From Planctomycetota bacterium (GTDB lineage Bacteria > Planctomycetota > UBA1135 > UBA2386), in NCBI GenBank assembly GCA_965223545.1, contig OZ245006.1, positions 192,001 through 256,000 on the forward strand: a DNA stretch of 64,000 nucleotides. Reading direction: 5' to 3'. The notes under the pieces are model-generated. The model did not search any database. It saw only the letters and a program-made list of their open reading frames with translations, and was not told where the DNA came from. This document shows, one piece after another, positions 40,301 through 49,478 of this stretch (position 1 is the stretch's first letter; every line of letters begins with the position of its first letter). The position numbers and the translations under genes were made by a program.

Positions 40301-40316
40301 CGACGGACGTCAGCAT
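37308..40316 (-). CDS. Secreted glycoside hydrolase family 2-like protein with N- and C-terminal sugar-binding domains
   Basis: GIAWYRR..VFVNG..H.GAWTPF, GGLWR, GFRH, GFNAVK, ELCDEIGMLVWQE and DRSHPSV motifs; second GIGWYR..GVDD..LNG..GGLW domain. Confidence 0.8.
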   Translation of the reverse strand: MLTSVAALVLLATAPQRVPLPDRWSVAAERDPGQRPAAEAFRPAAVPGTFEEQLEPSFDGIAWYRRALPHRPEWQGRRVWLECPGAATVTEVFVNGERLAQHTGAWTPFRVALDGVARFDGSDRLELRVDEHVGHNTQGFLPVIQPHFGGLWRTPRLRVADDAVIDDFGLLLFGDGAANALRIEVPCVRGKAGAQLEVEVALWDGAQRVAVRREAVDGAAARFDLEVDAPRPWSPESPHLYRAVVRLFDAARQVELDALERRVGFRHLQADGRRVLWNGVPLQLRAVLHWGFSPPRYAPIRDRAAWRGELEYLRSLGFNAVKCCLWVPPRAFYELCDEIGMLVWQEYPTWHADLTAPQRAALGAEFDEFFAHDRSHPSVAFRSLTCETGADVDHEVLRELYERCHERVPNTLVNDNSAWISWSVTHDFYDDHPYGNNRWWAGKLAELDAYIDEHGDKPLLLGECIASDTWFDAEAWRREAPADAWWAPWCLPAQPAFEEWVERHFGPRARRALVAESRDYAMRNRKLQIERLRLAVPDAGYVVSVVRDFPLARMGLLDDLGRPKWSAAEWAWHGATMVALDLPEEQRAFFEGEVELPLRVAHHGRRPLRATLAVRVDGEPGGLRELGTLQLQPGEVSETKVVRLRLRATNGPRRVRLRAMWGSHATNAWDLWVLPAVPPAPAAPVHVTEALDAAAWAVLDAGGRVLHRAAGGSHSLRSKTTWFLRGAAIASPPPALARHVPAALLRELQTADLETGRVLDVAPLHDGLAPLLSVWDTHDRRDVGFHPLVAETRVGDGRLLVSTLDWRTDAGRYVERCLAAYLTASAPPSAALTAVQVDGLRAEAVAESVEVPEWELRLDPDDRGMADGWAGGTAPEDGWRAVRAGAHWESQGFEGADGIGWYRTTVELPAAWQGQPISAVLDGVDDSYRLFLNGTELGRHGDPDTGETVWLVRTAVELTPAVRWDGPNQLVLRVVDHQGAGGLWKPVRITNTPPAATQDLLH

Positions 40317-40340
40317 GGCCCCATACCTTTAGCCGATGGC

Positions 40341-41852
40341 TCAGCCGTAGACGCGCGCGACCTTGTCCCGCAAACCATCGAGCAGCGCCGTCGTGCTCGG
40401 CGGAGCCCCGGTCGCGCGCTCGCACAGCTGGGCCGGCCGGTCGGTCTGGCCGCGGGCGTGCACGTGCTCGGCGAGCCAACCGAGCAAGCCGCCGAACTCG
40501 CCGCGGGCGAGGGCCTCGTCGAGGCCGCCGAGAGCGCGGTCCGCGGCGGCGTACAGCTGCGCCGCGTAGATGTTGCCCAGGCTGTAGGTCGGGAAGTAGC
40601 CGAACATGCCGCACGACCAATGCACGTCCTGCAGGCAGCCCTGCGCGTCGTTCTCGACCTCGAGTCCCAACAGGTCGGCGTAGCCGCGATTCCACGCCGC
40701 CGACAGATCGGCGACCTCGAGGTCGCCGCGCAGCAGCGCCAGCTCGAGCTCGAAGCGCACCATGACGTGCAGGTTGTAGGTGACCTCGTCCGCCTCGACG
40801 CGGATCGGCTGCGCACGCACCAGGTTGGCACACCGCCACACCTCATCGACTCCGCACGGCACGACGGCAGCGCCGAAGAACCGTTCCAGCAGCGGGTGGC
40901 ACCAAGTCCAAAAGGCGCGCGACCGCCCGACCTGGTTCTCCCACAACCGGCTCTGGCTCTCGTGGATGCCGAGCGACACGGCCTGCCCGCGCGGCGTGCC
41001 GAAGTGCTCGGCCGGCAAGCCCTGCTCGTACATGCCATGGCCGGCCTCATGCATGGTCGAGCCCAGCGCGTCGAGCACGTTGTCGTCGGCAAACCGCGTC
41101 GTGATCCGCACGTCACCGGGACCGATCGGAATCGAGAACGGATGCGTCGAGCGATCCAGCCGCCCCCGATCGAAGTCGAACCCCAGACAGCCGACGACGT
41201 GGCGGACGAACGCCTCCTGCTGGGCGACCGGCAACCGCAGCCGCACCAGCCGATCGTCCGGCTGCGGCGCGCCACGGGCGGTGTCGACCAGCTCGACCAG
41301 CGGGCCACGCATCGACGCGAACAGAGTGTGCACCCCGGCGGCGGTCATGCCCGGCTCGTACTCGTCGGCCAGTGCATCCCAGGGCTCGGCATGCGCGTCG
41401 CCGCGCAGGCACGCCGCGCGCTGCCGCGCCAGCCCGACCAACTTGCTCAGGTGCGGCTCGAACTGGGCGAAGTCCGCCGCCTGGCGCGCCGCCGCCCAAG
41501 CGTGCTGGGCGCGGCTCGTGGTCTCGGTCCACTCCGTCACCAGCTCCACCGGCAGGCGGATCGCGCGCTCGTAATCGCGCCGCAGCTCGCGCACGTTGAC
41601 CGCTGCCACACCCTCCGCGTCGGCCAGCAGCGCCGCGTCGGCCTCACACGCCGAAAGCGCGTCGCCGACCTCGGCGGCGACGGCCAGCTCGTGCGCCATC
41701 CGCGCCAGCTGGCCGAGCTGACGGGCGCGGTGCTCGACGCCCGCGGCGGGCATCTGCGTCTCCTGGTCCCAGCTGAGCACCGAGGCAGTGGACTCGAGCA
41801 GCGCGACCTCGGCGCGGCGCGCGATGAGCTCTCGATAGGCAGAATCGACCAT
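40341..41852 (-). CDS. M32 (Taq-type) metallocarboxypeptidase
   Basis: HPF, DVRITTR, HEAGH, HESQ, IRVEADE, GCLQDVHW and GYFPTY motifs. Confidence 0.93.
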   Translation of the reverse strand: MVDSAYRELIARRAEVALLESTASVLSWDQETQMPAAGVEHRARQLGQLARMAHELAVAAEVGDALSACEADAALLADAEGVAAVNVRELRRDYERAIRLPVELVTEWTETTSRAQHAWAAARQAADFAQFEPHLSKLVGLARQRAACLRGDAHAEPWDALADEYEPGMTAAGVHTLFASMRGPLVELVDTARGAPQPDDRLVRLRLPVAQQEAFVRHVVGCLGFDFDRGRLDRSTHPFSIPIGPGDVRITTRFADDNVLDALGSTMHEAGHGMYEQGLPAEHFGTPRGQAVSLGIHESQSRLWENQVGRSRAFWTWCHPLLERFFGAAVVPCGVDEVWRCANLVRAQPIRVEADEVTYNLHVMVRFELELALLRGDLEVADLSAAWNRGYADLLGLEVENDAQGCLQDVHWSCGMFGYFPTYSLGNIYAAQLYAAADRALGGLDEALARGEFGGLLGWLAEHVHARGQTDRPAQLCERATGAPPSTTALLDGLRDKVARVYG

Positions 41853-41926
41853 GACAACCCGATGACGGGGCCGCGGCACCCACCGCGGCCCTGGCCCGTT
41901 GGCGGCCGCAGGCTACACTACACGGC

Positions 41927-43084
41927 GTGCCGAGGCCCGCATCCAGACCTCGAGAGCGCATGGCGTTGCTGCTCGTCGGCCCCCTGTTGATGGCCGCCGG
42001 CCTGATCCTGGGCCGCTGGACCGGATCTGCCGCGGATGCGCCGGTGTGGACCGACGCGCAGCCGCCCGCGGCCGAACGCATCGTGGCGGTGCCGAGCATG
42101 GCGCCGATCGTCCGCCGCGTCCGGCCGGGCGTGGTCGGCGTCCGGGTCCGCGTCGACAGCGATGCGCCCGCCGACTACGGCGACGACCTCGGTCCCGGCG
42201 GCGAGCCGCGCAGTGGGGGAGTGCGCAGCGGCTCGGGCTTCGTCGTCAACGACGCCGGCCTCATCGTCACCAACTTCCACCTGATCACCGACTACGTCGA
42301 AATCGTCGTCGAGGTCCCCGATTCGGGGTCGCACGAGGCCCTGCTCGTGGGCGTCGATCCGGTGACCGACATCGCCGTGCTGCGCTTGGAAGACCCGGCG
42401 GTCGAGCTGCAGGCGCTCGAGCTCGGCGACTCGTCGCAGCTCGAACAGGGCGACTGGTTGCTGGCGATGGGCAACCCGTATCAGTACCGCCACTCGGTGA
42501 CGGTGGGCGTGGTGAGCTACGTCGGCCGGCACGTGCCCGACCAGGGCATGCAGGTGAGCAACGAGTACCTACAGTTCAGCGCACCGGTCAATCCCGGCAG
42601 CTCCGGCGGCCCGGTCCTCGACGTGCATGGCCACGTCGTCGGGGTGACGACGTCGACGCTGGGCACCGGCACGGGCATCGCCTTCGCCGTGCCGAGCAAG
42701 GTGCTGCGCTGGGTGCTCGAGCGCGCCGAAGAGGACGGCTACGTCAAGCGCGGCTACATGGGGGTCTCGCTGGTGCCCGTGTCGTCGAGTGATCTCAGCG
42801 CCCTCGGCGTCACCGGCGGCGCGCTGATCAACCAGGTGCAGCCCAACACTCCGGCCTCGCGCGCCGGCCTGCGCTCGGGCGACATCGTGGTGCGCTACGG
42901 CGACCGCTCGGTGCCGGACGCCTACACTCTGTTCGACTGGATCACCTACGGCCGACCCGGGCAGGCGATGGAGGTCGAGGTGCTGCGCAGCGACGGCCGG
43001 CAGGCAGTGGCGGTCCAGCTCGGCGGGGTCAGTGTCGGCGCTCCGCCGCTGACTCCGCGACCGATGGCAGCCGAGCATGAGTGA
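41927..43084 (+). CDS. HtrA/DegS-like trypsin serine protease with one PDZ domain
   Basis: GSGF, TNFH, TDIAVL and NPGSSGG triad; PASRAGLRSGD PDZ; start may be ATG 41960. Confidence 0.9.
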   Translation: MPRPASRPRERMALLLVGPLLMAAGLILGRWTGSAADAPVWTDAQPPAAERIVAVPSMAPIVRRVRPGVVGVRVRVDSDAPADYGDDLGPGGEPRSGGVRSGSGFVVNDAGLIVTNFHLITDYVEIVVEVPDSGSHEALLVGVDPVTDIAVLRLEDPAVELQALELGDSSQLEQGDWLLAMGNPYQYRHSVTVGVVSYVGRHVPDQGMQVSNEYLQFSAPVNPGSSGGPVLDVHGHVVGVTTSTLGTGTGIAFAVPSKVLRWVLERAEEDGYVKRGYMGVSLVPVSSSDLSALGVTGGALINQVQPNTPASRAGLRSGDIVVRYGDRSVPDAYTLFDWITYGRPGQAMEVEVLRSDGRQAVAVQLGGVSVGAPPLTPRPMAAEHE

Positions 43085-43718
43085 GGCGCTCGACGTACCG
43101 CCGACCGCGGACGGCGCGGCGCTGCGGTTTCTGCTGCCCGGGTTGGCACACAGCCTCAACAACGCGCTCTTCGCGATCCAGGGACGGGCGCAGATGATCG
43201 CGGCGGTGGACGGCGATCCGACTCCCAACGCCACGGCGATCCTGAGCGCCGCGACACGCGCGCGCGCCACGCTCGAGGTTCTCTGCGTGCTGCACGGCCA
43301 GCCGACCGCCGCGCAGAACGCGGCGCGCTGGCTCGAGCAGCTCGGCGAGTTCTTGGCGGTCCCGCTGCGCGAGCACCGGCTCGGCGTGGAATGCCTGGCG
43401 GAGCCGGACCGGCGCGCCGCGCGCATCGACCCGCGCCCCCTCGTCGTCGGCGTGGTCGAGGTCGTGCGCCGGCTGGTCGAGGCACTGCCGAGCGGCTTTG
43501 CCGGCGACATCGTTCTGCGGCTGCCCGATCCCGCGCCGGAGACGCTCACCGTCGAGATCGCCATCCGGCGCGAGCCCGATCAGCTGCCGTTTCCGGTCGA
43601 TGCCGAAGCGGTGCTCGGCGCGGCGGGGGCCGCGCTCACCCAGGAGGGCATCGTCGCGGACGCCGGCGACCAAGCCGCTGGCGACTCCCTCATCCGGCTG
43701 CTTCTGCCGAAGTCGTAG
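43077..43718 (+). CDS. Stand-alone HisKA-like protein with degenerate ATPase domain (ChpT-like phosphotransferase candidate)
   Basis: H-box GLAHSLNNAL; no N-box or DxGxG motif; overlaps the protease stop. Confidence 0.55.
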   Translation: MSEALDVPPTADGAALRFLLPGLAHSLNNALFAIQGRAQMIAAVDGDPTPNATAILSAATRARATLEVLCVLHGQPTAAQNAARWLEQLGEFLAVPLREHRLGVECLAEPDRRAARIDPRPLVVGVVEVVRRLVEALPSGFAGDIVLRLPDPAPETLTVEIAIRREPDQLPFPVDAEAVLGAAGAALTQEGIVADAGDQAAGDSLIRLLLPKS

Positions 43719-43883
43719 CCCCACCGCCGGCCGGTGCGCCCCTGCAAAAATGGCGGCGCGCAGCGCTGTTTCTCCGATGCCAACGGCAGCGCAGCACACG
43801 TGCGTCGCGAGAACGCACCCGCGACCGGGGACTGCATCCGCGACACCCCACCGGCATGGTGCCAGTCCAGCGGTTACCATCGC

Positions 43884-45056
43884 ATGCGTCGAGTGGTGAC
43901 GACCGTGACATCTCGAAGACGATCCCCTGCCTCCCCGGCCGCGGCCATGGGCGCCTGCGTTCTGACCGCGGCGCTGTCGTTCGCTCAGGGTCCCGTTCCA
44001 GCAACCGGTCCGCAGCCAGGCTTCCACTACGAGCTGAATGCGCGCAACGACCTGCGCATCTACCACCTCGACGGCACTCTGAAGCAGCGCATCCCCAGCC
44101 CGGGCCACGGCTGGGTGTTCGGCGAGCTCGCCAAGCCGCTGCCGGGCGGGCGCATCCTCGCGCTCGTCGAGAGCCAGGGCACCCCCAAGCCCAAGAAGCT
44201 GGTCGAGATGGACAGCGCCGGCAACATCTTGTGGGAGTTCGACCCCAGCCCGTTCGGCGTCAAGCTGCACCACGACTTCGAGCGGCTGGCCAACGGCAAC
44301 ACGCTGCTGATCGGTGAGATTCAAGTCCCGGTTCTGCCGGGACTGACGGTCGCCGACGACCTGCTGGTCGAGGTCGACCCGATGGGCCGCGTGGTTTGGC
44401 TCTGGTCGTGCCTGGCCAACATCGCACAGATGCCGGTCAGCCCGAGCGGCTGGCTGTCGCTGGTGGGCCGCACCTCGGTGTTGTTCCACACCAACTCGAT
44501 CCACGCCCTGCCCGCCAATCCTTGGAGCGCCACGGACCCGCGCTTCAAGCCGGGCAACGTCATGGTCAGCTTCCGCGAGCTCAACCTCGTGCTGATCATC
44601 GACCGCGGCACCGGTCTCGTGGTCTGGTCGCTGTACAACGTGACGTTGGGCCAGCACCACGCGCGGATGATCGAGCTCGGCACGCCGGGCGAGGGCAACA
44701 TCCTGTTGTTCGACAACGGCGGCAGCGTCGGTGCCCCGCTGCAGCCCTTCCGCGGCTACTCGCGCGTCCTCGAGATCGATCCGCCGAGTTCGTCGGTGGT
44801 GTGGGAGTACGCGTGCACGCCGGCGAGCCCCCTGCCGAGCTGGTGCTCGACCGAGTTCTTCGCACCGTTCCGCGCCAGCGCGCAGCGGCTGAGCAACGGC
44901 AACACCCTGATCGCCAACTCCGCCACCGGCACGGTGTTCGAGGTCACTCCCGCCAAGCAGGCGATTTGGCAGACGACGCAGGCGAGCTGGCTGTACCGCG
45001 GCTACCGCTGGCCGCTCGACTGGGAATCGCCGGCGATGGCGCGGTTTCCCTGGTAG
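43884..45056 (+). CDS. Arylsulfotransferase (ASST)-like beta-propeller protein
   Basis: HHDFERLANGNTL, HTNSI, GQHHA, LFDNG and SAQRLSNGNTLI motifs; start uncertain (43884-43947). Confidence 0.78.
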   Translation: MRRVVTTVTSRRRSPASPAAAMGACVLTAALSFAQGPVPATGPQPGFHYELNARNDLRIYHLDGTLKQRIPSPGHGWVFGELAKPLPGGRILALVESQGTPKPKKLVEMDSAGNILWEFDPSPFGVKLHHDFERLANGNTLLIGEIQVPVLPGLTVADDLLVEVDPMGRVVWLWSCLANIAQMPVSPSGWLSLVGRTSVLFHTNSIHALPANPWSATDPRFKPGNVMVSFRELNLVLIIDRGTGLVVWSLYNVTLGQHHARMIELGTPGEGNILLFDNGGSVGAPLQPFRGYSRVLEIDPPSSSVVWEYACTPASPLPSWCSTEFFAPFRASAQRLSNGNTLIANSATGTVFEVTPAKQAIWQTTQASWLYRGYRWPLDWESPAMARFPW

Positions 45057-45087
45057 GGGGGGAGGCTGCCGCGACGGCAGCCGCCCC
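45057..45087. terminator. GC hairpin between convergent ASST-like gene and thiC
   Basis: GGCTGCCG-CGA-CGGCAGCC stem with outer GGGG/CCCC pairing. Confidence 0.45.
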
Positions 45088-45131
45088 GTTCGGCGACCTG
45101 CAGGTGGTCACCCACCCTCGACACGCCGCGA

Positions 45132-46757
<1,626 letters not shown>

Positions 46758-46932
46758 CTAGGCCGGCGGAGTCGGCTCGGGTGTCGGGGTGCCTCGGGTT
46801 TCAACCAACCCCTGGCGCAGCGCTCATCGCGATCCGCTGCCGACCGGCGCCGGCCTCGAGGCCGCGACCTCGTCGCGCGGCGCACAGCGGAGCCCCCGTT
46901 GCCCGGCCATCATAGGCCAGCAGCCGCCGGTC

Positions 46933-47556
46933 TCAACGTCCGCGATCGCCGCTCTCGCCTGCCGGCACCGAGCCGGTGGCGGCCGGCGGGGCGGGGACCA
47001 GCGCCGCGCCAGGCATCAGACCAAAGGCCTCGCGCAGCGGCCGCGGCACCGAGGCGCCGAAGAAATCCAACGCCGTGCGGCTGACGGCCATCGACCGCGA
47101 CCGCTCGGCGGCGTGCACGATCCGACCGGAGCTCAAGAACATCGTCACCGTGGCCAGCAACGCCAAGACGACGCAGGCACCGGTGCCGAGGCCGAGCACG
47201 CCTCCGCCGACCCGATCGGCCACGGTGAGACCGCGCTCCGCCACCAGCTTCTCGGCCAAATAGGTGAGCAGGCTGACGACGACGACGACGATCACGAAAA
47301 GGCTGACGTAGGCGATGTAGACCGGCAGGCGGGCGTCGGTTCCGGCCGGGAACCAGCTCGCCATGCGCGCGCCGACCGCGTCCCCCCAAAGGCCGGTGGC
47401 GAGGAACGCCAGGGCCAGCGTCGCGATGCGTCCCGCCTGCCAGACGAAACCGCGCATCAGGCCCATCACCGCGAACACCACCAGGATCGCGACCGCCCCG
47501 AGGTCGATCCAGCCGAGGCTGGCGAGGATACCCGGGTCGGGAGACGAGCTTTGCAT
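46933..47556 (-). CDS. cvpA: CvpA (colicin V production) family membrane protein
   Basis: WID....G..RGF, DRVGGGVLG and four TM helices; start at ATG 47556. Confidence 0.8.
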   Translation of the reverse strand: MQSSSPDPGILASLGWIDLGAVAILVVFAVMGLMRGFVWQAGRIATLALAFLATGLWGDAVGARMASWFPAGTDARLPVYIAYVSLFVIVVVVVSLLTYLAEKLVAERGLTVADRVGGGVLGLGTGACVVLALLATVTMFLSSGRIVHAAERSRSMAVSRTALDFFGASVPRPLREAFGLMPGAALVPAPPAATGSVPAGESGDRGR

Positions 47557-47615
47557 CGGCGGTGGTCGCGGAGGGAAGGTCAACGCACGGGGTTTGCATT
47601 CCGTGCGACGAGCGC

Positions 47616-49397
47616 ATGTACTCGCATTCCACTGTGCCGGTCCCTCCCGAACAAGCCCAGCCCGACCCGCTCCCGCCGGATCCACCGCTGGACGCCAGCT
47701 CCGCGATCCACCGCTCCCTGTGCGCGCTCCTGCTCGATGCCGAGCGCGACCCCCGCGCACCGGCCGAGCTGGCCCGGGCGCGGCGCGAGTTCTTCGGCCC
47801 GCAAGAGGCTGCCCAGGCCGAGGCCCCGGCTCGCCCCGAAGGCCCCGCCGAGCTCCGCTTCGCGGAGTGGTTCTTGCTCGAGCGTGACAGCGAGCTGCTG
47901 GGCGAGCCGTGGGGGCGTTCGCTCGGCCGGGCGGCGGAGGTGGAGGAGCGCCATGGCGCCCTTGCCGAGTCGATCTGCGGCGTGTTCTTGGTGGTGCAGC
48001 GCAGCCCGGGCGAGCAGCGCGCCCGACTCCGTGATCTGCAGAACGCCGAGGGCGTCGACCTCGACGTGCCCGCGTCGATGCCGCTCGAGGCCGGCGATCT
48101 GCTGGTCGGCCGCCTCTACGGCGAGGCCGCCGCGGCCCGCGTGCCCTCGCCGGCGATCGCGGTGCAGCGCGGCGGTGCCGTGCTCGGCCGCGCGCTGCAG
48201 AGCGACCTCGAGGGCCTGGCCCTCGAGCGACGGCTCACCCAGGCCGAGCTCGAGCACGTCCTGTTCCGGCGCTGGGATGCGCTGCGCGACACCGCCGCGG
48301 CGCCGCCGCTCGAACGGCTCGAGGCCGAGCTGGCGACGCGGCTGGCGCACGCCGGCCAGGACGAGGTCGACGTGGCCGCGCTCAGCGCCGCGCTGGCGCA
48401 GACCACACAGCCGGGCCGCGTCATGGGACCGCTGCTCGACCAGCTCGCGTTCGACTCCGACGTCGACCTGCTCACCGTCCAGCGGCTGTTGTTGGAGATC
48501 TGGAACGCGCACCGCGACCGCCAGGGCGAGATCCCACAGCGAGCCCCGCTGGCCGAAGACGCGCTGCAGATGGACGCGGCGGGCGGCACCATGGCGCCCG
48601 CGGCCGAACCCGACACCGACAGCGACGACGCCCCCGGCCTCGGCGCCCGCCTGGCGCAGCGCATCGAAGAGGGACTCACCCGCTCCGAGAACGTCGAGGA
48701 CCTGTTCGACGACGTCGCCGCCATGCTCGGCACCAGCCTCGAGGACGACGACGACGACGGTGAAGACGCCGCGGCGTTCGACGGCGATCTCGAACCACTG
48801 GTCGTCGAGTACCTCTGGGAGGAGGATCGCGCCGGCACGCCGAGCGAAGCGGTCCTCCGGGCACTGGTCGCGCAGCAGCGCGAGGCGCCGGTGCCGCGGC
48901 TCGATCTCGAGGCCGTCGAGGCGCGCGACCTGCTGCGGCTGCTGGTGCGCGTCTACCTCGAGACCGCGCCGTCCGAACGCGCCGCGGTGGTGCAGGACAA
49001 CTGGCGGGCAATCGAGCACTTCTACCGCTGGGCCGCGCGCACGCAGGAGTACGAGCTCGACGAGGTGCTGGCCACTTGCCGCGCCGCATTCGTCGACGAG
49101 GTCGAGCGCGTGCAGCGGGCCAGCCTCGAGCTGGAGCGCGGCGCCGTGGCCGCCCCCGACACGCCCCCGGGGTTGCTGCGGGTGGTGGCGGTCGACGAAG
49201 AGCGCGCCGAGCTCGCCTCGAGCAGTGGGGCACCGGCGGTCTGGGTCCCGGTCGAGGCCGGCGGCGCGCTGACACCGGGCGACCTGGTGCTGGCGGGCGT
49301 ACGCACCGCCGATGCCATCGAGGAACCCGTGCCCGGGCAGCTGGTCGGCATGGTGGTCGTCCTACCGGCGGAGACGGAGTCCCTGCTCGGCCAGTGA
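47616..49397 (+). CDS. Acidic hypothetical protein
   Basis: GC3-biased 593-aa frame; F.EWFLLE...GVF.V...LRDL..GDLLVGR unit with a similar OB-like unit at the C-terminus; acidic tracts. Confidence 0.7.
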   Translation: MYSHSTVPVPPEQAQPDPLPPDPPLDASSAIHRSLCALLLDAERDPRAPAELARARREFFGPQEAAQAEAPARPEGPAELRFAEWFLLERDSELLGEPWGRSLGRAAEVEERHGALAESICGVFLVVQRSPGEQRARLRDLQNAEGVDLDVPASMPLEAGDLLVGRLYGEAAAARVPSPAIAVQRGGAVLGRALQSDLEGLALERRLTQAELEHVLFRRWDALRDTAAAPPLERLEAELATRLAHAGQDEVDVAALSAALAQTTQPGRVMGPLLDQLAFDSDVDLLTVQRLLLEIWNAHRDRQGEIPQRAPLAEDALQMDAAGGTMAPAAEPDTDSDDAPGLGARLAQRIEEGLTRSENVEDLFDDVAAMLGTSLEDDDDDGEDAAAFDGDLEPLVVEYLWEEDRAGTPSEAVLRALVAQQREAPVPRLDLEAVEARDLLRLLVRVYLETAPSERAAVVQDNWRAIEHFYRWAARTQEYELDEVLATCRAAFVDEVERVQRASLELERGAVAAPDTPPGLLRVVAVDEERAELASSSGAPAVWVPVEAGGALTPGDLVLAGVRTADAIEEPVPGQLVGMVVVLPAETESLLGQ

Positions 49398-49478
49398 GCC
49401 GTTGGGTGAGGGCGGCGGCCGTGCTCGCTCCAGGCGACGGCCAAGGCACGCCCCGCCGCTTGCCGATAGTGCTCCCAT

